64,000 bases of DNA from Perna viridis (lineage: Eukaryota): contig CM074518.1 in the NCBI GenBank assembly GCA_037379345.1, positions 46,465,586-46,529,585 of the forward strand, read 5' to 3'. Shown here one piece after another: positions 1 to 12,647 of this stretch. The first letter of the stretch is position 1. Every line of letters starts with the position of its first letter. The position numbers and the translations under genes were made by a program. Below the pieces are notes generated by a model. The model saw only the letters and a list, made by a program, of their open reading frames with translations. It had not been told where the DNA came from and searched no databases.

Positions 1-83
1 TCAGGCACCCTTGATAATGATTTCAAGTACTTAAACAAGGGTGTCCTAGAAAGAAAAGAATGCCTCTCACCATTAGATAAAAC

Positions 84-500
84 ACAGTGGCCCTTTTCAC
101 AAAAAATTGAAAGAGTAAAACAGTCCTGGCAAAATTATTTTTCAACCTGTTGGACATTTGGTCTGGCAACCTAACAAAATCTGCTGGACCAAACAATTAT
201 CTGCCAGACTGAAATCATTTCTCTGATCCAATTTAAATTTGCCTCCATTTGGACGCCATCTATAAACCGGAAGTTCCGGTTGAGGCTTGTCTAATAAAAA
301 AAAATGTACCAGACATCTGGTCCGGAAATCACACAAATTTCACCAGACCGGCGGCTAAAAGTACCGGTCATGTCTGACAAATTTCGCCATGACTGAGTAA
401 AATTAGTCGTAAGTAATGATGTAACTATACTTTAATTTACTATGACGTCATAACTTACAACTAATTTTACACTTACGATATTTTGTGAAAAGGACCACAG
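84..500. mobile_element. Palindromic MITE interrupted by a nested hAT-like MITE (121-395)
   Basis: 84-120 plus 396-500 rebuild the element seen intact at 31795-31931. The insert has TIRs CAGTCCTGGCAAAATT / AATTTCGCCATGACTG and is flanked by a duplicated AGTAAAA. Confidence 0.8.
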
Positions 501-2286
501 AACTTTGAAAAGGGATAAGACCTAAAAAATTCTCTGTGCTTTCACTATCCCTAGATACTGACCCTAATTTTTTGTGCTTAGTAGATCTAAAGCTTTTTTT
601 GCCATTTTTGACAAGTTCTATTAAAGTCTGAATAGCTGTATTTTACTTTAACAAATTGCAGGATTTGACACTAACAGTGGTTTGGTCGTCATGTGCCTAC
701 ATAATTGAAAGAGGACTATCTTGACAATCTAATCAGTAGTCCTTTGAACTGCATCCTAAATTAATTCTTGAAATGTTATTAGTCCTAAGGACAGGATAGC
801 AAAATATCTTTGATGATCATTGATTGGGATTAGATGGGCCATGTGCTATTTATCACGTTTCAGATGAATACATTTTGTATGTCCCATTAAAATCAATTTT
901 TTTTACCTACAATGATTAAGAATGGCCCATAGGAACTCTGATGATTACTTAAATGGCCCATTCTCAAAATGTTAATCCCAATCAATGGAGGACTACATAA
1001 TTTATCTAGCAAATAGTCCTAAAGGCTAGCTGCTACCTAGCAGGAAAAGTGTCAAACTATAAATTGCCTATGCTGTTGATGCTTTTTTAGAACCTAATCA
1101 TGGACCTCTCACTTTCAGAGATATATGAACTGTGAAGATTGCATTAGTTGCATGAAATTGATATGGTTTGATTTATCAATTGAGTGAACTTTGCTGTTTC
1201 CAGAATAATAAAGACTATTCTATCATTTTTCAATTGTTTTTACCAGGACATCCTGGTATTTTCTATCTGAAGTTACTGTCCTGATACTGAAATATATTAG
1301 TAATTTCAAATGACAATGTGATGCAAAAATGACTGTGACATCACTAATAAACAGAATAACACCAGTTTTGAATGTCTTGACAGAACATTACATCTTGCCC
1401 TGTTAATCAGACTCAATGATATTTTCTGTCCTGACCTCAAAACTGCTGTTATTCTGTATCATGAGAAATACTCATTTAGCTAACAGTGCTATGGGTCTGT
1501 GCATTGTAGTCTGTTTCAATTTTATCGACTACTACACATAATTTTGCTCCATACCTAGTTTTAAAATAAACAGCTTTGCTGTGAGTGCATGATACGCCCA
1601 GCATCTTGTGAAAAAAAACATTATAAATGTTTTGGGAATAACAATGGGATGTACAGGATGTCGTGCCAAGTATATCCTGACTCATTCCTTATTCCCACTA
1701 AATATGAAGTTTATACAAGATACCAACAAAAACTGCCAGCAACATGTTTTATATGATACCAAATAGAAACAATATCCTGATTAAGGGATCAAATATTTTT
1801 GCTACGAAAATTTTGCATGTAAATTGAAAATTTCAAAGTCCCATAAAACAGGAAGTTGATAAAAGAGAAAAACAATAATTATTACAACATGTTTTAGTGT
1901 TCATGGTATTATGTTTCTCTTAAATAAATTCCCCATATGACATTTGTTCTTTATAAAGGCAATTCCATCGATAAATGTATGAGAGGGTTGGATGGCATAT
2001 TTTTTAAGGATTAATGCACCTCCTGAATTCCCCTCATATGGTGCAAAATGTGAAAATGAATGTTCTGCTGAAGAAGACAGAATTAACGGAAGATCAGAAA
2101 TTGCAAGATTAAGAAAAAACAGGAAATCGTTAATGTTTGTGCATGCATTTATGTTTCACTCATGAAATTTTAATTACATCGTTTGTACATGAAAAACGTA
2201 CTGCAGTATGTGAATGGATATGCTGAGTACTACGACATTCAGTTTATTTTCCAAATTTTTTGTAATTGATTACACCATGGACTTAC

Positions 2287-4604
2287 CCTAGATAGAGAAT
2301 TCTCCTTATCATTTTCAACTTTCTCTAAAATCCTTTTCTTTCTTTCTTCATTCTCTTCACCTAAAATTTGATTTAGAATTTCATATCTTTAGTTCAATGT
2401 TTGATCAATCTAAAATCTAGTTTTACATTAGTCAATTTTATAAATCTTGTAAACATACAACTTGATTTTCTGTACCATTTTGTATTAAGTCGAATGGCAT
2501 AGACATATTTATTATAGAATTTTTATCATTACCGACATCATTTGATCGTGTGCATGTGTTTACTTTCATTTGCTGAAAAAAATAGGGTAGGTCAGGGTAC
2601 AGTAACCACAGTAATTTATTTTTGGGCCTTACTACAAGTGCATTCATATTTTCAATACAACAATACTGTAGTTCAGACTTTGGATGTAATATTTCTTACA
2701 TTATGTACATATATATACACATGTATATCTTCAGATTCATGTACATTCTTAGCTTGCTGGAATTATCTCCCTTACTACAGGTTTTGATATTGAAGTTATC
2801 AGTCTTGTATTACATATTCCTGAGCAGGTGGACATGAAAACATGGAGGCTAAAAAATATAGTGCGCTTCCTTTTTGCCTTTTCCTGTTTTTGTTTCTTGG
2901 CAAATGACTATCATTTTTCATTAAAAGTACAGGGTAAATATCAAGCTATGACACAAAAACCTTGTTTTTGAGGAAAAACAATATTTTCATGAAAAATAAT
3001 GCTTCAGAAAAGAGGTCTATTTTATGAACTCAAAATAAAGTGAAAGTAGAAAAAAGCTATTTTTAGTTTGACCTGTCCTGGTGTACAAAAGTTCGTGCCT
3101 TTTTTTTCTAAAATGGACCTAAAAATTATTTTTGACATTTCCTTTATTGAAAAGCATGGTCAAAAGTTAGATTGAAACTCCTTGTCTATTTTAAAAAAAA
3201 TCATAAAAATTTAAGGTATACTATAGAAGCCTATGGGGCAAAGAATACAAAACCGAGACTTGAAATAAAAACAATACTGGATCATGGTCAGGCAGGGGGT
3301 ATATGAATAATTTTAGTTAGTGATAAGACAGTGGTTAGACATTCTTGATTAAATAATGTTAGTCTTTGAGAAAGAGTCAGAAGACTCCCTTCTTGTTGGG
3401 GAAATAAACAATATATCCATCATAATATTGACATGAACAGGGGGTTTGACCAATATATAGTTATTTCACACAATCTTGAATATATATAGGGAGATAGGTC
3501 ATTGTAAAAAAAACTTCTAGAAGGAACTTACATGTAGAAAAAGAACTAAGACTGAGATAGAGATTCAAGTTCATGAGGGTCCACCCTCAAGAAGGGAGTC
3601 TTCTGACTCTTTCTCTCTCCTTATGTATGTTGCTGTTGTATTGTGACTGCTGAATAATAAAAGTACCAGTCATACATCTGCTTACTGATCACGGCCATGG
3701 AAGATACATGTAGCAGGAACAGATTTTTATACTGTAGTAAGTTGAAAGCCTGTTTTATTTAAGAGGTTGTCCATGAAAGAACTAGGCACTGGGTTGCACA
3801 TGCCAAATTTTATTTTCAAAATATATTTATCTATTTTATGTACTGTTTGCAATTCACTGAAATGAAATAAATTACATAGAAACATAAGACAGCACTAGAA
3901 ACTTTAAGGCAAAAAGAAAAAAGTCCTTAACCTGTTTAAAATTTTTGTTACTATGTTAGGGAACTTTGATAGTATTACAATTTAGTTTCTATGCATGGAT
4001 TCAATAGTGGCTCATACTGAAGATCTTTATTTGTAACTTTGACTCTATGTAAACCATGTGGTGTTTTTTTTTTTGTTTTTTTTTTATTGTTGTTTTTTTT
4101 TTTAATTTTATTTCTTAACACTTGTTGCTGTACCAATTTTTGGATGAAGTTAACTTTTCATGTAATACCTGAACATATTTCTTTGTACAGGTAACTATCA
4201 GGGTTCTGTCTATCAAATAGTCTCTTGCCTTTTCTTGCTTTAGATTGAAACTGTTTTTGCCTGTTCTCTGGCACAATAATAGTAGCAGGTTGTTCTCTTA
4301 TTTTGATTGTAGACCTCCTAACTCTCTGGCGAGGAGGGCTTGGTCCTCTTTGGATCAATGACTTACAGATAACAGGCACAGTGGTCCTATAAAACTGTAC
4401 ACCATCAATTTCTTCGATCAAATGGGAGTCAATTTTATTAGTGGCAGGCCTCCTTTGAAGCTCGTCAATGTAGTTCTTGAAAGACTTAGAGGGGGCAGAA
4501 TATATGTGAATTAATCTGGTTTCTGATCGATGTCTCCTTCTCCGCTTGTGAAAGTTTTGCAAACACTGGGATCTTCTGATTGCCTTAAACGGAAAGATGT
4601 CCAT
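2287..4604 (-). CDS. Unidentified protein, first two coding exons; gene continues left of 2287, probably out of the window
   Basis: Exon 4604-4169 (ATG MDIFPFKAIRR...KEICS, donor CAG|GTATTA, phase 1) joins in frame to exon 2360-2287 (TTTTAG|; GEENEERKKRILEKVENDKENSLSR; AGG|GTAAGT). Promoter motifs lie just upstream at about 4800. No family recognised. Confidence 0.65.
3368..3615. mobile_element. MITE with 28-bp perfect TIR
   Basis: GAGAAAGAGTCAGAAGACTCCCTTCTTG ... CAAGAAGGGAGTCTTCTGACTCTTTCTC. Confidence 0.75.
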
Positions 4605-4794
4605 TTCAGAACCAGTGCAGTGACACACCCACTTGACTTGTGTTCTGAATAGGAGCCCTAAGTAGTTTTTGTTTTAGTCTGTTTAAACAACAGATGGTCA
4701 CTTGTTTTAGTTATTTGTGTTGCTTATGTTGTGTCTAGCTGTTGTGTTATCGACCTTTATTCAAGTCCCAGCTTCACATCGTCTGCTTTTTTAA

Positions 4795-4850
4795 GTTCGC
4801 CATTTGGCGCGTGATAAACTTAAAAGCGGAAGTCAATTTGATTGGACGAA
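4795..4850 (-). promoter_or_regulatory. Core promoter of the unidentified minus-strand gene
   Basis: Tight cluster of YY1-like CGCCATTT, E2F-like TTTGGCGCG (4803-4811), ETS GCGGAAGT (4826-4833) and ATTGG/CCAAT (4841-4845), about 200 bp upstream of the ATG. Confidence 0.55.
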
Positions 4851-5072
4851 ATCAATTTCCGAGTATTAATTTTAGTAAGAATCGGGCAAAATTATTGATT
4901 GCCTATGAACAAGCTGTTTAAAGTTCTGTCATTTTAAGTCTAAAAAATACTTGAAGGTTGAAACCAATTGCCTCGATAAGGACAAAGCTTGCAATGTACT
5001 GTAACCCTGTGCGTTTTTAGTTGGGCACCAAATGTAACGGGAGTGCTGGATTTGACCCCCAAAATTATACTC

Positions 5073-5160
5073 TGCCACCGAGGATCGAACCCTAGACCGC
5101 TCGGTGACAAGCCAGAGACAAACCGATTCGGCTAAAGAATTAATCCTTTAGCCAAGTCAA
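5073..5160 (-). mobile_element. tRNA-derived SINE head
   Basis: Minus strand has A-box TAGCCGAATCGG and B-box GGTTCGATCC. The acceptor stem does not pair. Similar 5' end to the element at 62066. Confidence 0.6.
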
Positions 5161-5271
5161 TTAACTGGCTATTTAAATCTCATTACCTACTACAACGCTG
5201 GTAAGCCGTCCTGTCACATTACAATACATCACGAACTGTCTAGAAAAATTTACAAAAGGATTTTTATAACG

Positions 5272-5610
5272 CTTAAGAATGTTTGGTGGTCTATTAAAGA
5301 ATAACAATGATTTAGATGTGAAATCTTTTTTTTTTTAAGATCTTTTATGCTAGAACAATGTACGAAGAATTAATAAATGGGTCAGAGTGCTCGTTTTTTA
5401 GATACAAGCATATTTGATTCTTGGGCGGGAAAAGAATTTCTCATGATTTTCTATATAGGTTAAAGTTGTCTTCGAATTTTTTATCGCTTGAAATAAGGAT
5501 TTCTAAAAAATTCCAAATAAGATTATAAGGTATGTATAATGAAATAATGACAAGAAAGGTGAAGGTCACTGGCCAAAAATATTAATGCAATGAAATGGGT
5601 TTACTGTAAA
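5272..5610 (+). mobile_element. Interspersed repeat starting at TTAA (Kolobok-like); second copy at about 46594-46925
   Basis: Shared blocks ATGGGTCAG(A/T)GTGCT(C/T)GTTT and AAAAATATTAATGC(A/T)ATGAAATGG in both copies. Confidence 0.55.
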
Positions 5611-6907
5611 ATTGCAGTTAAAACATGAATATACATTAGGGCAGATCGAGGATTACAGGGTTTAAGAATTTAGGACTGGTAAAAGAACTACATGTATATA
5701 TAAAGGCCGAGCGAAACGACTGAAGAGATTGGTGGGGGTAGAGTTTGTGAAATAAACAAAGTTTTTTGTGTCCTCCTCCTTTAGGTGATCCACCACTGCT
5801 AGTTAAAACCTTATTTTATTCAATACAAAGTTAAAAGGATAAGACTGCAGGCAAACATATGAATGCCCTCTCTTTCTCGGTATAAGGTATACAATACATT
5901 TATTATTATGCACACATACATGTATAGTAAAATATATTACTTGTGCAACTGATAAAAGAGTCAGAAAATTTGAGTACATTTGTCATGATTTAGAATATGA
6001 CAGTATTAGCTTTAAAATCAAAGATTGAAGTCAAATAATCACTATCACTGATTTTGACATACTTTAACATCCGAAATGGGACAAATGCGATATGCTCAAA
6101 ACTCGGGTGACTTCCGCTAATATCTTGGTTCCCTTGATTTATTGCGTACTCTCGTAACCGTTATGGCCCGAATGGCTATATACAGATGTCGGTGTCCTAG
6201 TAATGTATACGACCTTTATATAAATAATCAATTGTAACGAGCGCCTGTTTTTGAATCGGAAACTGGGTGATATTACATAAATTCAATGCTAACCGATCAT
6301 TTTATCTTTTAATGTAAATTAACGATCTAATACAAGCAAAAAACACGCATAGACACGTGTATGATAAGTTTTAAAAAGGGTACGTTCTAGCGATCTTTGG
6401 GTCGCTTCGGATATTGATAGGGAACCAGTTTATGAACCAGATTCAGCAGCTGGCAATGAATATTCATAAATATCGGGGCGTGCTAATGTATATGACCTAT
6501 ATAGTCTTGTGACTAGCCTCAGTGCCTGAATCGGAAACCGGATAATGTTCAAAGCTAACTGATCATTTCATGTGAACTTCCCATTCTCATACAAGCAAGA
6601 AACACACGTAAAACACACGTGTATGATATTTAAGAGGTACATTTTTTTCTCATATGAAGCTAGAATTGTGACACTGTGGTGGTAAACACGGGGATGATCT
6701 GCTGGATTATGTGGCGTATAACTATACATTAATGCAAATCATATGCGAATATTAAATACAGAAATTACGAGTGCAAGAAGTCGCTAACACTAATAGCGAC
6801 TCAAAAAGAAAATTGTGTGCTATCAAAGACATTGAGTTGAGTTTAGCGCAATCAAAATTGAAAAGTAAAAAAGAAATAGAGAAATCTCATTTATTTCATG
6901 GTTTATA

Positions 6908-7086
6908 GTAGACATGCCCCCTCTTTATATTAGAGAATATATGAAAAAGTTTATTGATTACATGTTTCCCTCTGATAGCAAATCCACCTCTTTCTCAGAA
7001 ATTAGTAGTGGTGTTATCAGAGAGGTTAATTACATAGATTTTCTGTGTCATACATAAATAATAAAGAGGGACTTGTAGCAAGTCTA
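6908..7086. mobile_element. Small MITE with 8-9 bp target duplication
   Basis: GGTTTATA on both flanks (6900-6907, 7087-7094). Imperfect TIR TAGAC(A/T)TGC...CCCTCTTTAT. Confidence 0.55.
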
Positions 7087-7774
7087 GGTTTATAAAAGCA
7101 ACTTTATTTTAATTCGAGCACTCAAAGCTTGACTCAAGTAGAAAAAAAGCACAACATTTTCATAATAACGCAGACCACATTAACGAAACAAACTGACGAC
7201 TATGCAAATAACATTCGTGTGGTCCAATTTTTAAAACAAAAGGGGGTATTTCGAGAGAATTTAGAGAAAAATAATCTGAGAAAATAACAATAAATAAGAT
7301 TTTTTTTTGGGGGGGGGGGGGTGGAGATCAACTTCAACATAAAGAACGTTGAACAGTGTGCTATTTCCAGCACTTATCTTTAGACCCGTACGACTTTTTT
7401 AATCACATATGATTAGACAGAACATATCAAGTACCACTCTGTGTAAGAATCAGGCAATGGGTGGCACATTATTTGTCCCAATTTAGTCATTTTTGCCTTA
7501 AATATATTTATTGCATCTAGAAAACAACCGAAAAGCAATTTAAATTTACCTGTGACGTAGATATTTTTTGACTGCTTATATAGGGAAAAAGTGCGGGGAA
7601 CTTTTCCCGCTCTTTTTTTTTTTTTTTTGTTCATAGTCCATTTCAACTGAAATTGACGAATCAATACCTTAAGAAGGCAAATTTTACAAGTACTTTGATG
7701 GTTATTTCCGGAGGTTTTGTGGTACAGGTACTTGAATTATGCAATAAAATCTCTGCGTTTATTTTTATGTGCCA

Positions 7775-7877
7775 CTATGGAAGTCTATTTCTGTCATCAA
7801 GATAAATAAAAGTCGCGAAAAATTATCTCGAAAAGTCGTGATAATTGGTGTATTTTGTCCACATAAATGACAATTTC
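7775..7877 (+). repeat. About 103-bp transposon terminal repeat; inverted copy at 10491-10594
   Basis: CTATGGAAGTCTATTTCTGTCATCAAG...ATAAATGACAATTTC matches the reverse complement of 10491-10594 with only a few mismatches. Confidence 0.85.
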
Positions 7878-8614
7878 ATCTCAAACTGTCACGATAATTT
7901 TTCGCAATAGTTACGATAATTATGTCGATCGTTCGTTTTGAGCATGTTAATTATGGAGAAATTATTAATAAATATTTTCCCCCTACATTTTTAGCCTGTT
8001 GAACTTAGCCTTTTTGTCACTTTATGTTGTGACTGTTACTGACTTTAATTTGTGTAACCGACAAGTCCAAAAGTTTTAAACCAATATTATTTAAACTTGG
8101 CACAGTATAATATACATAATATGATCTGGCGGATCCAGAGTAGTGCAGGGGGTTGGCACCCCCTTTTTTTTTTGGAAAATGTATCATTTTCATGCGCAAA
8201 ATTGACCCCAAAAATGGTAAATAATGCAGCACCCTTTTTCTGAGGTACGTCGACTGGCGCCCCTCCTTTTCAACGTGTCTGTATCCGGTCCTTTGTTTAC
8301 AGGGTGTCTTCTAGCTATTCCAACATTTTAAAATATATATTCTGGATATTCCTACATGCAGAGAACAATGGATGTTGTTTTAGTAGGTTTTGTTGTTTTA
8401 GTAATTATTGCCTAATTAATTTTACAGGTAAATTTGGGATTCAACATTGGATTTAAACATTTTATTAGCAAAATTATAATGTGTTTTAGAGAAATGTGGG
8501 GCTATTTTTGCCAAATTTACAACTTTTTTCATAGTAATAAACGTATAAAATATAGACTTAAAATGTTGAAATATTGGAAAGAAGATAGAGACTGAAAATT
8601 AAATTCAGTTAATT

Positions 8615-8810
8615 AATAAACAAACGAAGAAGCCGTCCATGCCTGCACCTTGCTCCAGTACCAAGCCGATGGTAAACATGTCCCAAGAAAACGCAAATAC
8701 CGAGAGATCGACTCCAGACTGACAACACTAACGATTCGTCTACAGAACCAGGAACTCACATCAGTCGTTTGCTTACACCACCATGTTGATTTACACAGTG
8801 TCATTCGGTG
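8615..8810 (+). mobile_element. Mutator-like (MULE) transposase C-terminal relic
   Basis: Manual translation TNEEAVHACTLLQYQADGKHVPRKRKYREIDSRLTTLTIRLQNQELT resembles the 'G...P.KRKY...D.RL..L..R....E' tail of animal MULE transposases. Recognised from memory, not searched. Confidence 0.6.
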
Positions 8811-9255
8811 AGGAGAATATTGTGAAACTTTCTTCTCAGCTAATAATTTCCAAAGCATTATTTAAAAAATAAGTAATCGAAATCATCTTATAAAGATAGC
8901 AGTGATTTACCGAAAGTTCCCAAAGGCTATGTAAAAAAAATATTGATAATTCACAGTGAAATAAATTCTATAATTTCACTCTGGGACTTTCTCCCGCCAA
9001 AAGTAACAAAACGTTACAAATCTATAATTAAAAATTTATGTTGAAAATAGCAACGAATAACAGAGTTCCTCTATATGTAACTCACGTCATGTGACTCCCT
9101 GGTTTCACGACACTGGGTCCTAATATACCATTCAAATGCATGGAAACTTTGTAATTTACAAAGCGTTGAGTTCAGAATTAAAAATAAAACATTTTCCATG
9201 TAAAAATACCGATAAAGACGACAAATATATATATTTCTACATGACAAAAGTGTAA

Positions 9256-9412
9256 GGAGTTATCAAGGGAACCAAGGTTACAGCAGTAATCAAAAGAATG
9301 TAATCCAGGGACAATGACCAGACATGGAAAACTCACACACAACAAAGAACATAAAGTAACTAAAAAATCATACATACGAAGTAACAAAAGCAAATGAGCA
9401 ACTCGGACTCGA
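9256..9412 (-). mobile_element. 3' end of Penelope-like retroelement (truncated copy)
   Basis: Reverse complement of the 42940-43082 tail (...TAACCTTGGTTCCCTTGAT(T/A)ACTC). Confidence 0.8.
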
Positions 9413-10150
9413 ACAATAAAATGTAGATCGGTCTTCGGATTTCAATACGTTTTATATCTAAATTCCGTTTAAGGGAAATGTAACTAGAACGAGACTTACT
9501 TGTAAACCTTATAATAAATAGGATAATCAATTGGTTATCATGAATATATACGCTACACTGCTCCATCGGATCAAATTGATACAGGGAAGATAAAGTAAAC
9601 GTATAGAAAGGTCTGAAAAATTCCCAACGATGTTAGAACTCATGTCAAATTTGCGATGAACTGTCCCGCACTACCACACATCGTGTACTAAGTTACACAG
9701 CCCTAGATTAATCCTTCGAGCAGGACAGATCCGGGCAGCGAAAGCTATATTTTATATAGCCTAGCTGGCGACAAAAAAAATTACATCGCAAATTTGACAG
9801 TTCTAACATATGCTTTACTATAAGTTTACATTTTCTAGTCTATGAATTCTCTGCCTAAGAATCAGGCAAAATTTATTTTATTGCATTGTCCAAGTATTTA
9901 TACCTCACGACCTCCTAAATTACCATCAAAGTATTTGTAACATTTGCCTTCTTTAAGATAGTAATTGATCAGATTCAGTTGAAAATGGCGGAAAAATTGT
10001 CCCATACTTTTTTCCTATATAAGCAGTAAAAAATATCTACGTCATTGAGCTACAAGATAAGTTTAAATAGCTTTTGGTTGTTTTCTAGATGGATTGAATA
10101 TATTTGAGGCAAAAAAAATCCACATGGATATACGATTTTCTATGCTACAG

Positions 10151-10333
10151 TTATTGGGGAGATTAGGCACGGTGGAGGAGGTAGGACTAGCCTCCTTGTT
10201 TCTAGCTGCCGACGGGACGTTTTGTACAGGGACGGATTTTAAAGTTTCTGGTGGAATGGAGGTCAACTTCAGCATCAAAAACCCTTTGACTGGTGTGCCC
10301 TTTCCTGCACAAATTCTTAATTCATCAGATTAA
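10151..10333 (+). CDS. HSD17B14: Terminal exon of a short-chain dehydrogenase/reductase, HSD17B14-like; no other exons found (partial gene or gene fragment)
   Basis: Acceptor TTTTCTATGCTACAG| then LLGRLGTVEEVGLASLFLAADGTFCTGTDFKVSGGMEVNFSIK, matching HSD17B14 [41 protein letters not shown]. Stop TAA; AATAAA downstream. Confidence 0.75.
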   Translation, partial: LLGRLGTVEEVGLASLFLAADGTFCTGTDFKVSGGMEVNFSIKNPLTGVPFPAQILNSSD

Positions 10334-10412
10334 TTCGTAATCATCGCAACACCCGAGTCTTTCTCGAAAAATGTACTAACATATTTTTTATCATGAACAG
10401 TATGGAAGATTG

Positions 10413-10594
10413 ATATGGAAGTCTATTTCTGTCATCGTGATAAATAAATATCGCGAAAAATATCTCAAATTATTGAAATAGACTTCCATAGAAATTGTCA
10501 TTTATGTCGACCAAATACACCAATTATCACGACTTTTCGAGATAATTTTTCGCGGTTTTTATTTTTTCTTGATGACAGAAATAGACTTCCATAG
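10413..10594. mobile_element. Compound TIR-only mini-element
   Basis: ATGGAAGTCTATTTC...GAAATAGACTTCCATAG (10413-10491) fused to a second right-hand TIR. ATTG(A) on both outer flanks. Confidence 0.65.
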
Positions 10595-11691
10595 ATTGAT
10601 GTAAAAAAAATGTTGACTTTTAATAAAACATCCTTAAACCGTCAAGTGTTTCTGAAAATTAACGTGTCTTAAGATACTCATGTGCATTATTTCGTACATG
10701 CTAAATGCAAATATGGTAAAGAAAAAGCCTGGACACATTGCATTTTAGACAAAAACTTGACCATGGAGTTCAAAATCGGAGTTTTCAAACTATATGTGGT
10801 AAGAATCGAATCATCTTGGGTGTTCTTTAAAACATAAAATCACCTCTGGTTGTCTATTTAAAATGTTCATGTTTCCAGTTGAAATCATTTAAATTAAATC
10901 CATCTGAAGGCCTGGCTGTGGTGAAAATGCTGAACATCAGCAATGCATAAAATTATTAATTTGACCTTGAGGTCAAAGTTCAAGGTAAAAATTGCCAACC
11001 ATGAACTTGAGATTATCTACCTTCACACTCAATAACAAAAGCATACACCAAAAGAGAAAAAAATCAGGGCACTACAAAGAGGGGAATATTTGACTGCTGA
11101 AGTACACATTTTTGTCTGAGACCAAGGCTGTGATTCAAAAAAAGGGAAATAATTAATAATGCTCATAACACTTTATTCTAATAAATTACTAAAAACATGA
11201 CATATAAAGTTATTTCAGGCAGTATTTTTAAAATGCATTAGTTTGATCTACACATAACCGGCTGACCACACTTTTGAACTACTTTAGATAAAAACACAAA
11301 GTATTATTTTTAGCACTTCAAGTAAACACATCCATTTTTTGTGCTTCAACTTGTGTAGACCAAAGACTGAATTCATTCTGATGGAAGTAAAAAATCACAC
11401 AAGGTAATAAGACCTTATTTCAAACAAGAAATAATATACATTTGTGTTTTAAAACTTTCTTTTAAATGAACGTGTAATTTTAATACATCACTTATTATTA
11501 TGCATTTGAAATGTAGATACATGTATGGAGACCAGTAGAAATGTATGTGAAATGACAACATATCAGTATGAGTAATTGAGAAATGTATTATGAAAGCGTA
11601 AATCAGTCTTAGCAACCACTTGTTTCCAGCAATTACTTATTTATCTAAAGACTACGATTAAAATAATTATCCCAATCTAAATTAAAATTGC

Positions 11692-11923
11692 ACCTATCAA
11701 TTGTTCCATTCACTCACTGTATGTAGGATCTAGTTTAACACTCCTGTCTACTTTCTGTTCAGATGGCCTTTTCAGAATCCTCAGGTTTTTCCCTTTGATT
11801 TATGCTTTCAAAATCATGAAAGATGAATTCTGATTGGCTGGTCAGAAAGGTCATCAGAACAGAAATTAGAATGGAGTGTTCTTAGATCCTACATGCAGTG
11901 ACTGAATGGAACAACTGATAGGT
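11692..11923. mobile_element. MITE with about 50-bp imperfect TIR, downstream of the BORA stop codon
   Basis: ACCTATCAATTGTTCCATTCACTCACTGTATGTAGGATCTA ... TAGATCCTACATGCAGTGACTGAATGGAACAACTGATAGGT. Confidence 0.75.
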
Positions 11924-12647
11924 CTAAATATAATAAATTTTTTTCTCGACACAGAGGTTTGGCTGAAGATAGAAAATATCCCAATGTCGTTCATTGACTA
12001 TGTTTGTAAATTAAACCTGTCTATAAAGACCACTGGTTTTTATGAACACGATTTTGCTCTGCATGTGAATACCATTTAAAACAGATTTTACTGTATTCCT
12101 TTTTAGACCCTTTTGTTGAAATCCAGGGACTAGTAAGCAGAGTCAGTTCACACAAAATAGTCCAATTGTACCTTATAAAAAATTTCCAAATACAACAAAT
12201 ACAAGTTCATTCAGAAATACCTTTCTGTGGTTTTAATACCCATTGCAAACAATATGGCAGGGTTATAACAGTTCAGGGATGATTTTACAAGGTCAACAAA
12301 AAAAACCCCAAAATTGGCAAAATTGGAATTAAATATACAGTAAAAAAAAGGAATTGCAACAGTAAAATCTGGATTTGAAATAAATGTAGCAGAATTCCAC
12401 TAAAAGGCAGAAAAAAATCATGCCTGATAACTACAAATACAGCTTCATAAAACTTTGAATCAGGACAAGTTGGAGGTAAGGTAAAACTTGTCTACACCCC
12501 ATTCAGACAGGTGTTCTAAAATACAATCTCAATTTATGATTTTTTTATGAAACCCATGTCTGAGTTTGGGAGGAACTGAATACTCATTAAAATGGAAATA
12601 CTGATGAGGCAAATACAAGTTGACTTATTTGAGTATGGTGCTTAATA

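Noticed and set aside
4900-12600. DIS3/PIBF1 as in the human MZT1-BORA-DIS3-PIBF1 cluster
   Set aside because: No RNB/PIN-domain or long coiled-coil exons recognised downstream of BORA in this window.
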